Below are positions 7,971 to 16,694 of a DNA stretch of 64,000 bases, piece by piece (position 1 is the first letter of the stretch; each line of letters begins with the position of its first letter). The stretch lies in the NCBI GenBank assembly GCA_018267055.1, contig JAFDZF010000035.1, positions 21,752 to 85,751 on the forward strand, given 5' to 3'. This stretch comes from Bacteroidota bacterium. GTDB taxonomy: Bacteria; Bacteroidota; Bacteroidia; Flavobacteriales_F; PHOS-HE28. The translations under genes were made by a program, and so were the position numbers. The notes under the pieces are model-generated. The model saw only the letters and a program-made list of their open reading frames with translations. It was not told the origin of the DNA and did no database searches.

Positions 7971-10427
7971 TCAGGCATGCACCAGCACCCGCTTCACCCG
8001 GGGGCTGATCGACGTGAGCACTTCGTACGGGATGGTGCCCAGGTCGCGCGCCAGGTCCTGCAGCGGATGCTCCGCGGAGAAGACCACGGCCACGTCGTCC
8101 AGCGCGCAGGCGATGTCGGTGACGTCCACCATGCACATGTCCATGCAGATGGTGCCGACGAAGGGGGCGGGCCGTCCATTGATCCACACGCGCCCCTTGC
8201 CATGGCCGAGGCGGCGGGCCAATCCGTCCGCATAGCCGATGGGCAGCACGGCGATGCGCATGTCGCGCGCCGCGGTGAAGAGGCGCCCATAGCTCACCGT
8301 GTCGCCGGCGGGGATGTCCTTGATCTGCGCGATCACGGTGCGCAGGGCGGCGGCGGGGCGCAGCAGCGCGGTCTCCCCGGCATCGGCACCGATGCCGTGC
8401 AGGCCGATGCCGAGGCGTACCAGGTCCAGGCGCGCCTCGGGGAAGCGGGAGGCCGCGGCGGAATTGGCGATGTGCCACAGCGGATGGTACCCCAGCACCG
8501 CATCGATCCCGCCTGCGAGGGCGCGGAAGCGCTCGATCTGCCCGCGGGTGAACGCGTCCTCGCGCGGGTCCTCGCTCGCGGCCAGGTGCGAAAGCACGGA
8601 GGCCACCCGCAGGAAGGGCGCCTGGCGGAGCGCGTCGAGCAGGGCCGGCACTTCGGCCGCCATGAACCCGAGGCGGTGCATGCCGGTGTCCAGCTTGATG
8701 TGGACAGGCGGGGCGTCGGGCACGTGGCGGGCCAGGTCGATGGCGGCCTGCAGCGAGCGCCGGTCGTACACCTCCGCCTCCAGGCCGAAGCGGTGCAGCA
8801 CTTCCAGGGGGACGGGCTCCGGGTTCATCACCAGCACGGGCGTGCGGATGCCGTTCTGCCGCAGGGCGATGCCTTCGTCCACATAGGCCACGCCCAGGTA
8901 GGCCACCTGCTCGTGGGCGAACAGCCGGGCCAGCTCGGTCGCACTGGTGCCGTAGCCGCCCGCCTTCACCATCGCCATCACGCGCACCTGGGGACCGCAG
9001 CGCTCGCGGTAATGGTTCAGGTTGTGGCGCAAGGCATCGAGGTCCACCTCCATCACCGTGCCGTGGGTATGCTGCTGCCAGCGCTCCACCACGCGTTCCA
9101 GCCCGAAGCGGCGCGCGCCCTTCAGCAGGGTGACCGCTCCTTCGATCGGCGGTGCGGGGAAAGCCTGCAGCAGGGCTTCCGCATCGGGGAAGAAGCGGGC
9201 TTCCGCGGGGAACAGCGAGCGATGCGCGGCGATCGTCGGGCCGATGCCGATCAGGCGGTCCACCCGGGCCTGGCGAAGCAGGTCGGCCACCTGGCCATAG
9301 AGCTTCGCGGGCGCTTCCTTGCTCTCGGCGATGTCGCTGAGCACCACCGTGCGCGGACGGCCGTCGGCCATGCGGGCCAGGTGGTCGAGCGCGATGCGGA
9401 AGGAGCCCAGGTCGTTGCTGTACGCGTCGTTGATCAGGGTGCCGTCGTCCACGCCCGCCACTACTTCCAGGCGCATGGCCACAGGGGCCAGGCGGTGCAG
9501 GCGCTCCGCCACCTGCGCGGGCGTGCGGCCCAGGTGGAGCAGCAGCGTGGCCACGTGCAGCGCGTTCTCGATGGAGGCCGCATCGTTGAACGGCAGCTCC
9601 AGGGGGAACTCCGTCCCCGCATGCTCCAGCACGAGGCGGGCGACGGGCCCGATCGCTTCCTCGCTGCGCACGCGCACGAAAGCCTCCCGCGTGCGCGACC
9701 AGCCGCGCAGCAACGGTCCGTCCAGTTCGGCCAGCGCCTCATGCACCAGCACGTGGTCGCTGCAATGGACCACGGCTTCCGCCTGCGCGAACAGGAGGGC
9801 CTTCTCGCGGGCCTTCTCGCGGTCGCTGGCGAACTGCTCCGCATGGGCCGGGCCCAGGTTGGTGAAGAGGCCGATGGTGGGGGCGATGATCGGGGCCAGC
9901 CGCGCCATCTCGCCCGGCCGGCTGATGCCCGCTTCGAAGAGGCCGAGGGTGTGCTCCGGCCCCAGCTCCCACACGCTCAGGGGCACGCCCACCTGGCTGT
10001 TCCAGCTGCCCGGGCTGCGCGCGATGTGCTCCTCCTCCCCCAGCGCCTGGAACGCCCATTCCTTCACCACCGTCTTGCCGTTGCTGCCCGTGATGCCGAT
10101 CACCGGCACGCGGAAGTGCGCGCGGTGCCAGGCCGCCAGGCGTTGCAGGGCCGCGAGCGTATCGGGCACCTCCACCACGTTCAGGCCCCGGTCGTCGAAC
10201 GCCGCGCCCGCCTCCGCCAGCACGTCGTGCATCCCGTTGCGCGCGGCCTGGGCGATGTAGGCGTGCCCGTCGTGGTGGGCGCCGCGCAGCGCGATGAACA
10301 GCGTGTGCTCCGCCGCCGGACGGCGCGTGTCGATGCTCAGGTGGACGATCCGCCGGTCACCGGACCCCGCGCGCAGCCGGCCGCCGATGGCGGCGGCGAT
10401 CGCGTGCAGGAGGTAGCCCCGTTCCAT
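7971..10427 (-). CDS. murF-alr: Bifunctional UDP-N-acetylmuramoyl-tripeptide--D-alanyl-D-alanine ligase / alanine racemase
   Basis: The N-terminal half has the Mur ligase P-loop VIGITGSNGKT. The C-terminal half has the alanine racemase PLP site VMAMVKAGGYG and an Alr C-terminal domain. The start at 10427 shares one base with the tdk stop (TGATG). Confidence 0.9.
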   Translation of the reverse strand: MERGYLLHAIAAAIGGRLRAGSGDRRIVHLSIDTRRPAAEHTLFIALRGAHHDGHAYIAQAARNGMHDVLAEAGAAFDDRGLNVVEVPDTLAALQRLAAWHRAHFRVPVIGITGSNGKTVVKEWAFQALGEEEHIARSPGSWNSQVGVPLSVWELGPEHTLGLFEAGISRPGEMARLAPIIAPTIGLFTNLGPAHAEQFASDREKAREKALLFAQAEAVVHCSDHVLVHEALAELDGPLLRGWSRTREAFVRVRSEEAIGPVARLVLEHAGTEFPLELPFNDAASIENALHVATLLLHLGRTPAQVAERLHRLAPVAMRLEVVAGVDDGTLINDAYSNDLGSFRIALDHLARMADGRPRTVVLSDIAESKEAPAKLYGQVADLLRQARVDRLIGIGPTIAAHRSLFPAEARFFPDAEALLQAFPAPPIEGAVTLLKGARRFGLERVVERWQQHTHGTVMEVDLDALRHNLNHYRERCGPQVRVMAMVKAGGYGTSATELARLFAHEQVAYLGVAYVDEGIALRQNGIRTPVLVMNPEPVPLEVLHRFGLEAEVYDRRSLQAAIDLARHVPDAPPVHIKLDTGMHRLGFMAAEVPALLDALRQAPFLRVASVLSHLAASEDPREDAFTRGQIERFRALAGGIDAVLGYHPLWHIANSAAASRFPEARLDLVRLGIGLHGIGADAGETALLRPAAALRTVIAQIKDIPAGDTVSYGRLFTAARDMRIAVLPIGYADGLARRLGHGKGRVWINGRPAPFVGTICMDMCMVDVTDIACALDDVAVVFSAEHPLQDLARDLGTIPYEVLTSISPRVKRVLVHA

Positions 10428-11035
10428 CAGGCGTGCTGGTGGCCGGTGCCGGCGTCCTCCGGCACGCGGGCGGCATTGAAGCAGCTGCGGCACAGCGGCT
10501 CATAGCTCCCGGTCTCCCCCAGGAGGATCAGCTCCCGGCTGGTGTTGGTGCGGTGGCTGAACACCGCGAGCTCGCCGCAGCGCACGCAGATGGCGTGCAC
10601 CTTGGTGACGAACTCGGCCATGGCCATCAGCTGCGGCATGGGGCCGAAGGGCCGGCCCTGGAAATCCATGTCGAGCCCCGCCACGATCACGCGCACGCCT
10701 TGCGAGGCGAGCTGTTCGCACACCACGGGCAGCCCCTCGTCGAAGAACTGCGCCTCGTCGATGCCCACCACCTCGATCTCCGAGGCGAGGAGGAGCAGGT
10801 TGCTGCTGCTGGGGATCGGCGTGCTGCGGATGCTGGTGCGGTCGTGGCTCACCACGTCGGCCTCGTGGTAGCGGGTGTCGGTGCCGGGCTTGAAGATCTC
10901 CACGCGCTGGCGGGCGAACTCGGCGCGACGCAATCGGCGGATGAGCTCCTCCGTTTTCCCTGAGAACATGCTGCCGCAGATCACCTCGATCCAGCCCCGG
11001 CGCTGGGCGCGGCTACCGGTGCGCTCCAGGAACAT
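10427..11035 (-). CDS. tdk: Thymidine kinase
   Basis: [18 protein letters not shown]-loop, and C-terminal zinc-ribbon cysteines (CVRCG...CRSC). Confidence 0.92.
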   Translation of the reverse strand: MFLERTGSRAQRRGWIEVICGSMFSGKTEELIRRLRRAEFARQRVEIFKPGTDTRYHEADVVSHDRTSIRSTPIPSSSNLLLLASEIEVVGIDEAQFFDEGLPVVCEQLASQGVRVIVAGLDMDFQGRPFGPMPQLMAMAEFVTKVHAICVRCGELAVFSHRTNTSRELILLGETGSYEPLCRSCFNAARVPEDAGTGHQHA

Positions 11036-11152
11036 CGGACGGAAAGGCTTGATGGACGGGCGTTACAGCCATTTGGGAAGCGGCCCGAATTTAGCCAATT
11101 TCGCACGGAGCCTGCCCGCTCGGCAGGCGGGCGCGGCGAACGGACCCCTGCA

Positions 11153-11779
11153 ATGCCCCACGGGAAAGGCTATGAACGCATGCTGGAGCTGACCGCTTCC
11201 ATCGAACGGGCGCTGCGCGAACTGGAAGCCGGGCGCCTCGACGCGGAAGGCGTGGAACGATGCACGGAGGAGGCGCGCGCCCTGTTCGAGCGCCTGGTGG
11301 TGCTGCGGCACAAGGCGCGGGAAGCGGCGCTGGCCGCCAGCGGTGCGGCATCCGCGGTGCCCCCGATGCGGCTCGACACCCGCCCCCCGGAACCGCCGAC
11401 GCGGCAGACCTCGCTCATCGATGCCATCGCCGAGACCGAGGCGAAAGTGCCCGCGCGCAAGGCCGACGCGCCGAAGCCGGCCCCGTCCCCCAAAGCGGCC
11501 GCAGGCAAGGCACCGTCCGTGGCCGACCGCCTGGAGCATGCGCCGGTGGCCGACCTCCACAAGGCCATCGCGCTGAGCCAGAAGTTCTGGTTCGTGGCCG
11601 AGCTGTTCAGCGGCCAACGCGACGCCTACGAGAAAGCGGTGGACACCATCAACGCCTGCGGTACTGCCGAACAGGCCAAGGCCTTCATCGACCGTGAGGT
11701 GCTGGCGAAGCTGCCCAAGCCCCCGGGCGAGGACGTGCTCACCACCTTCCTGGAACTGGTGCAACGCCGCTTCCAGTGA
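11153..11779 (+). CDS. Hypothetical protein (helical ends, Pro/Ala-rich linker)
   Basis: ORF with a high-GC third codon position and no recognisable family. An alternative start lies at 11180. Confidence 0.55.
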   Translation: MPHGKGYERMLELTASIERALRELEAGRLDAEGVERCTEEARALFERLVVLRHKAREAALAASGAASAVPPMRLDTRPPEPPTRQTSLIDAIAETEAKVPARKADAPKPAPSPKAAAGKAPSVADRLEHAPVADLHKAIALSQKFWFVAELFSGQRDAYEKAVDTINACGTAEQAKAFIDREVLAKLPKPPGEDVLTTFLELVQRRFQ

Positions 11780-13053
11780 GGCGCCTCCCCTGCTCCCTCG
11801 CCTGGTCGCTCATGGCCGGGGTGCTGGTGGCCCAGCCGCCGCCATCGGTCCGTGAGCAGGCGCGCGGCTATGTGGCCACGCTCGCAGGGCCCGCGATGCA
11901 TGGCCGCGGCTATGTGAGCGGCGGCGACAGCCTGGCGGCGGACTGGATCGCGGCGCAGTTCGATCGCCTCGGCCTGGCCCCGCTCGATGGGCAGCGGTAC
12001 CAGCGCTTCCACTTCCCGGTGAACACTTTTCCCGACAGCGTCCGCGTCGCGATCGGCGGAACGGTGCTGCAGCCGGGCATCGACTTCATCACGGACCCCG
12101 CTTCGGGCCCTGCGGAAGGGCGCTTCGCGCTGGTGCGGCCCACGTTCGCGGACCTCGCCGATCCCGACGCACGGGCACGCCTGTTCGCCCGCCCGCCCGG
12201 ATGGGCCGCCTACCTGGACCGGCCAGCGACCACGGACAAGGACTCGCTCCACGCCTATGCGGCCTTCGAGGCCGAGCTGGTGCGGCACGCACCGGTGCTC
12301 AAGCAGGGCGGCAGCAAGCTCACGTGGAGCGTGGCGAACGAAGCGCTGCCCCATGCGGTGATCGAGCTGCGCGCCGGGGCGATGCCGGCCGGTGCCGACA
12401 GCGTGGAGCTGCACGTGCGCGACCGCTTCATTCCCGCGCACGCCGCCCGCAACGTGTTCGGCGCGGCGCGTGCACGCAAGAAGGGCAGCACCGACTGGCT
12501 GGTGATCACCGCGCATTACGACCACCTGGGCCGCATGGGTCCGGACGCGCTCTTCCCCGGAGCGAACGACAACGCCAGCGGCACGGCGATGCTGCTCTGC
12601 CTGGCGGAACGGATCGCGCGGCACCCGCTGAAGAAGGTGAACGTGCTCTTCATCGCCTTCGCGGGCGAGGAGGCCGGGCTGCAAGGCAGCATGTGGTGCG
12701 CCGCGCATCCACCGGTCGACCTGCGCCGCATCAAGCTCCTCATCAACCTGGACCTCAACGGCACCGGCGACGACGGCATCACGGTGGTCAATGCCACCGA
12801 GCAACGGAAGGCCTTCGACGCGCTCGTGGCCATCAACAAGCGCACGCGCCGGCTGGCGCAGGTGAAGCCCCGCGGCCCGGCGTGCAACAGCGACCATTGC
12901 CCGTTCGCCCTGAAGGGCGTGCCCGCCATCTTCCTCTACACCATGGGCGGCGTAAGCTGGTACCACGATGTGAACGACCGCCCCGAGACCCTTCCGCTCA
13001 CCGCGTTCGACGGCCTCTACCGCACGCTGATCGACCTCGTGGACCGGTATTGA
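11776..13053 (+). CDS. M28 family metallopeptidase (secreted)
   Basis: Signal-like N-terminus. M28 motifs are present: ITAHYDHLG, GANDNASGTAMLL, AFAGEEAGLQGS, SDHCPF. The GTG start overlaps the upstream stop. Confidence 0.85.
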   Translation: MRRLPCSLAWSLMAGVLVAQPPPSVREQARGYVATLAGPAMHGRGYVSGGDSLAADWIAAQFDRLGLAPLDGQRYQRFHFPVNTFPDSVRVAIGGTVLQPGIDFITDPASGPAEGRFALVRPTFADLADPDARARLFARPPGWAAYLDRPATTDKDSLHAYAAFEAELVRHAPVLKQGGSKLTWSVANEALPHAVIELRAGAMPAGADSVELHVRDRFIPAHAARNVFGAARARKKGSTDWLVITAHYDHLGRMGPDALFPGANDNASGTAMLLCLAERIARHPLKKVNVLFIAFAGEEAGLQGSMWCAAHPPVDLRRIKLLINLDLNGTGDDGITVVNATEQRKAFDALVAINKRTRRLAQVKPRGPACNSDHCPFALKGVPAIFLYTMGGVSWYHDVNDRPETLPLTAFDGLYRTLIDLVDRY

Positions 13054-13084
13054 GCACGTCGTGCGCTTTCGTTCCTTCGCCCCC

Positions 13085-13765
13085 ATGTCCGGCCGGCTCT
13101 ACCTCGTCCCCACCCCCATCGGCAACCTGGAGGACATCACCCTGCGCGCCAAGCGCATCCTCGGCGAGGTGGACGCCGTGGTCGCGGAGGACACACGTGT
13201 GAGCGGACGGCTGCTCCAGCATTACGACATCCGCAAGCCGCTGATCCCCTTCCACGCCCACAACGAGCACCGCATGGTGGAACAGCTCGCGCAACGCCTG
13301 GCGCATGGCGAGCGGTTCGCGCTGGTGAGCGATGCCGGCACACCGGGGATCAGCGACCCCGGCTTCCTGCTCGTGCGCGCCGCCGTGAAGGCCGGTGTCG
13401 CGGTGGAATGCCTGCCCGGACCGACGGCCTTCGTGCCCGCGCTGGTGGACAGCGGCCTGCCCTGCGACCGCTTCGTGTTCGAGGGCTTCCTGCCGGTGAA
13501 GAAGGGCCGGCGCACCCGCCTGGAGGCCTTGCGCACGGAGGAGCGCACCATCGTCCTTTACGAGAGCCCGCACCGCATCGCGCGCACCCTGCGCGAGCTG
13601 GCCGAGGCGTTCGGGCCCGAGCGGCCGGCGAGCCTCTCGCGGGAGATCAGCAAGCTGCACGAGGAGACCGTCCGCGGCACGCTCGCGGAGCTGGCGGCGC
13701 ATACCGAGGCCCATGAGCCGCGCGGGGAGTACGTGCTGTGCGTCCAAGGCGCCCCCGACGCATAG
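13085..13765 (+). CDS. rsmI: 16S rRNA (cytidine1402-2'-O)-methyltransferase
   Basis: GRLYLVPTPIGNLEDITLRA...SDAGTPGISDPG is the hallmark of the RsmI/tetrapyrrole-methylase fold. Confidence 0.9.
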   Translation: MSGRLYLVPTPIGNLEDITLRAKRILGEVDAVVAEDTRVSGRLLQHYDIRKPLIPFHAHNEHRMVEQLAQRLAHGERFALVSDAGTPGISDPGFLLVRAAVKAGVAVECLPGPTAFVPALVDSGLPCDRFVFEGFLPVKKGRRTRLEALRTEERTIVLYESPHRIARTLRELAEAFGPERPASLSREISKLHEETVRGTLAELAAHTEAHEPRGEYVLCVQGAPDA

Positions 13766-13796
13766 CCGGAGGGCACATTGCGGTAAATTTCACCCG

Positions 13797-14372
13797 ATGA
13801 TGCGATCGGTCCTGCCGACGGCGGTGCTCTGCCTTTCGCTACACGGCGCGAACGCGCAGGGCATGGTGTTCCGCACCTATGCGGAAAGGGTCGCCGGAAC
13901 GGGCGAGGCGTTCACGGGCCCCATCGAGGTGGTGCCTCTCCTGGGCCGCTTCGTGGCCGTGTACACGGGCTCCGACGGCAGGGAGCACACGCCCTGCAAG
14001 GACCTCTGGGGGTTCACCTACAAGGGCGTGGTGTTCCGCATCGAGCCGGAAGGCCACCTGCCGGTGCGGCTGATGACGCAGGGTTCCGTGTGCTACTATG
14101 AGAACGGCTTCGCGCACCTCCAGATGCAGCGCGATTCCACGGAAGCGGCCGGCTTCGCCTACGGGCACCAGTCCTACTTGAGCAAGGACCTCGAGGACGC
14201 GATCGTCCCCGCCGTGTTCGCCGAGAAGGACGAGCGCTCGCCCAGCGCGCGGTTCCGCGAGGCGCATCCGGAATACGCCGCCCTGTGCGGCTGCATTGGC
14301 GACCGGCAGGACATGGACCACACGCGGCAATGCGTGGTGGACTTCGAAGTGGACATGGAAGAGAAGCGGTGA
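13797..14372 (+). CDS. Hypothetical secreted protein
   Basis: The internal ATG gives the signal peptide MMRSVLPTAVLCLSLHGANAQ. No family recognised. Confidence 0.62.
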   Translation: MMRSVLPTAVLCLSLHGANAQGMVFRTYAERVAGTGEAFTGPIEVVPLLGRFVAVYTGSDGREHTPCKDLWGFTYKGVVFRIEPEGHLPVRLMTQGSVCYYENGFAHLQMQRDSTEAAGFAYGHQSYLSKDLEDAIVPAVFAEKDERSPSARFREAHPEYAALCGCIGDRQDMDHTRQCVVDFEVDMEEKR

Positions 14373-15388
14373 TGCAAGCCTGGCGATTGCTCGGACATGG
14401 GGAACCGGAACGCGTGCTGGCCCTGCGCGAAGTGCCGGACCCGGTCGTGGGGCCGGGGAGCGTGCTGATCCAGAGCGAGGGCTTCGGGCTGAACTATGCG
14501 GACGTGATGGCGGTGCAGGGCCTCTACCGCGATGCGCCGCCGCCCCCGTGCGTGCTGGGCTACGAGGCCGTGGGCCGTGTGGTGGGGCTGGGCGATGGTG
14601 TCCCCGCCGGGCTGCTGGGGAAGCGCGTAGTGGCGATGACCCGTTTCGGCGGCTACGCGGAGCGCGTGGCCACCGACCACCAGGCCGTGGCCGTGATCCC
14701 CGAGGACATGCCGCTGGGAACGGCCACGGCGCTGGCCACCCAGGGCTGCACGGCCTGGTACATGGCCACGCTGGCCGCCCCCCTGCGCAGCGGCCAGCGC
14801 GTGCTGGTCCACAGTGCCGCGGGCGGCGTGGGCCAGCTGCTGGTGCAGCTGGCGCTGCGGCGCGGATGCACGGTGTTCGCCGTGGCCAGCGGCGAGCGGA
14901 AGATGGCCTACCTCCGCACGCTCGGCGTGCAGCATGCGATCGACCGCGCCCTCGGCGACCCCGCCGGACAGGTGCGCCGGCTGCTCGGCCCCGCAAGCAT
15001 CGACGTCGGCTTCAATGCCGTGGGAGGCCGCAGCTTCAAGCAGGACCTGGCCCTGCTCGGCAGCGGCGGTGTGCTGGTGCTCTTCGGCGGCGCGGAGCGC
15101 GGCAGCAAGGGCGCGTTCGGGACGCTGCGTTTCGTGTGGAGCATGGGCCTGGTGGTGCCCATCCTCCTGATGATGCGCAGCAAGGGCCTGATCGGCGTGA
15201 ACATGCTCCGCATCAGCGAGCACCGCCCGGAGCTCATCGCCGAATGCCTGCGCGGCGTGGTGGAGGCCGCGAACGACGGCTGGCTGGTGCCGGCGGTGCA
15301 CCGCGTCTTCGACCGTGACGGGCTGCCGGAGGCCGTCCGCGCCCTGCAGGGCGGGGCCACCATCGGCAAGGTGGCCGTGCGCTGGTGA
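14372..15388 (+). CDS. Zinc-type alcohol dehydrogenase / NADPH:quinone oxidoreductase family (MDR)
   Basis: GFGLNYADVMAVQGLY...GYEAVGRV...VHSAAGGVGQLLVQLA is an MDR Rossmann signature. The start shares one base with the upstream stop (TGATG). Confidence 0.85.
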   Translation: MQAWRLLGHGEPERVLALREVPDPVVGPGSVLIQSEGFGLNYADVMAVQGLYRDAPPPPCVLGYEAVGRVVGLGDGVPAGLLGKRVVAMTRFGGYAERVATDHQAVAVIPEDMPLGTATALATQGCTAWYMATLAAPLRSGQRVLVHSAAGGVGQLLVQLALRRGCTVFAVASGERKMAYLRTLGVQHAIDRALGDPAGQVRRLLGPASIDVGFNAVGGRSFKQDLALLGSGGVLVLFGGAERGSKGAFGTLRFVWSMGLVVPILLMMRSKGLIGVNMLRISEHRPELIAECLRGVVEAANDGWLVPAVHRVFDRDGLPEAVRALQGGATIGKVAVRW

Positions 15389-15447
15389 TGCCCGGTGCGC
15401 CCGTTCGGGCCGGAGCACCGAACTTCGCCGACCATTCCCTTTCTCCC

Positions 15448-16596
15448 ATGCGTTTCGCCACCAAGGCCATCCACGCCGGTGTAGAGCCGGACCCCGCCAC
15501 CGGCGCCATCATGACGCCGATCTACCAGACGAGCACCTACGTGCAGAAAGCGCCCGGCGACCACAAGGGCTACGAGTACTCGCGCACGCACAACCCCACG
15601 CGCACGGCGCTGCAGAAGGCCCTGGCGGCCCTGGAGAACGGGAAGCACGGCCTGTGCTTCGCCACGGGCATGGCCAGCATCGACACGCTGGTGAAGCTGC
15701 TGAAGCCGGGCGACGAGGTGGTGAGCACCGACGACCTCTACGGGGGCACCTACCGGCTGTTCACCAAGGTCTATGCGGGCTTCGGCATCAAGTTCACGTT
15801 CGTCGACATGAGCGACCCGCGCAACGTGGAGGCCGCGCTCACCCCGAACACGCGCCTGATCTGGGCCGAGACGCCCACCAATCCCCTGCTGAAGATCATC
15901 GACATCGCCGCGCTGGCCGCCCTGGCGAAGAAGCACGGCTGCTGGCTCGGGGTGGACAACACCTTCGCCACGCCCTACTTCCAGAACCCGCTGGACCTCG
16001 GCGCCGACATCGTGATGCATTCGGTGACGAAGTACCTCGCCGGCCACAGCGACGTGGTGATGGGCGCCCTGGTGGTGAACGACGACGCCCTGGCGGAGCG
16101 GCTCGCCTTCCTGCAGAACAGCAGCGGCGCCACGCCCGGCCCGCAGGACTGCTTCCTCGTGCTCCGCGGCCTGAAGACGCTGCACCTGCGCATGCAGCGG
16201 CACGGCGAGAACGGTGCCGCCGTGGCCACCTGGCTAGCGAAGCATCCCAAGGTCGACCGCGTGTTCTGGCCAGGCCTGCCCGGCCACGTGAACCACGCGG
16301 TGGCCGCCCGCCAGATGCGCGGCTTCGGCGGCATGATCAGCTTCACCCTCAAGGGCGACCGCATGGCCGATGCCACGCGGGTGCTGAGCGGATGCAAGGT
16401 GTTCGCCCTGGCCGAGTCCCTGGGCGGCGTGGAATCCCTGCTCGGCCACCCCGCCAGCATGACGCACGCCAGCATCCCCCGCGAGGAGCGGCTGCGCATC
16501 GGCCTGGCCGACACCCTCATCCGCCTGAGCGTGGGCGTGGAGGACGTCCAGGACCTGATCGACGACCTGGACCAGGCGCTGGCGAGCCTCGGTTGA
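15448..16596 (+). CDS. PLP-dependent Cys/Met metabolism enzyme (cystathionine gamma-synthase/beta-lyase family)
   Basis: MRFATKAIHAGV...YSRTHNPT...SVTKYLAGHSD (PLP lysine context). The exact reaction cannot be assigned from sequence alone. Confidence 0.9.
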   Translation: MRFATKAIHAGVEPDPATGAIMTPIYQTSTYVQKAPGDHKGYEYSRTHNPTRTALQKALAALENGKHGLCFATGMASIDTLVKLLKPGDEVVSTDDLYGGTYRLFTKVYAGFGIKFTFVDMSDPRNVEAALTPNTRLIWAETPTNPLLKIIDIAALAALAKKHGCWLGVDNTFATPYFQNPLDLGADIVMHSVTKYLAGHSDVVMGALVVNDDALAERLAFLQNSSGATPGPQDCFLVLRGLKTLHLRMQRHGENGAAVATWLAKHPKVDRVFWPGLPGHVNHAVAARQMRGFGGMISFTLKGDRMADATRVLSGCKVFALAESLGGVESLLGHPASMTHASIPREERLRIGLADTLIRLSVGVEDVQDLIDDLDQALASLG

Positions 16597-16665
16597 GCCC
16601 GCTGGAACCCAAGGATATACGCACATGATGCGCCGCCGGCCATCGGGCCGTGGCACGTACCGGGC

Positions 16666-16673
16666 TAATTTTG
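16666..16673 (+). promoter_or_regulatory. Candidate -7 promoter box (TAATTTTG) for the M43 protease gene
   Basis: Matches TAnnTTTG, 22 nt upstream of the ATG at 16695. Motif match only. Confidence 0.35.
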
Positions 16674-16694
16674 TCGGCTGTACCCCTTGTTGAC

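Noticed and set aside
15389-15447. Possible SAM or methionine riboswitch ahead of the Cys/Met PLP enzyme.
   Set aside because: Only about 60 nt are available, containing one imperfect hairpin. That is too short for a SAM-I/II-type aptamer, and no conserved core was seen.
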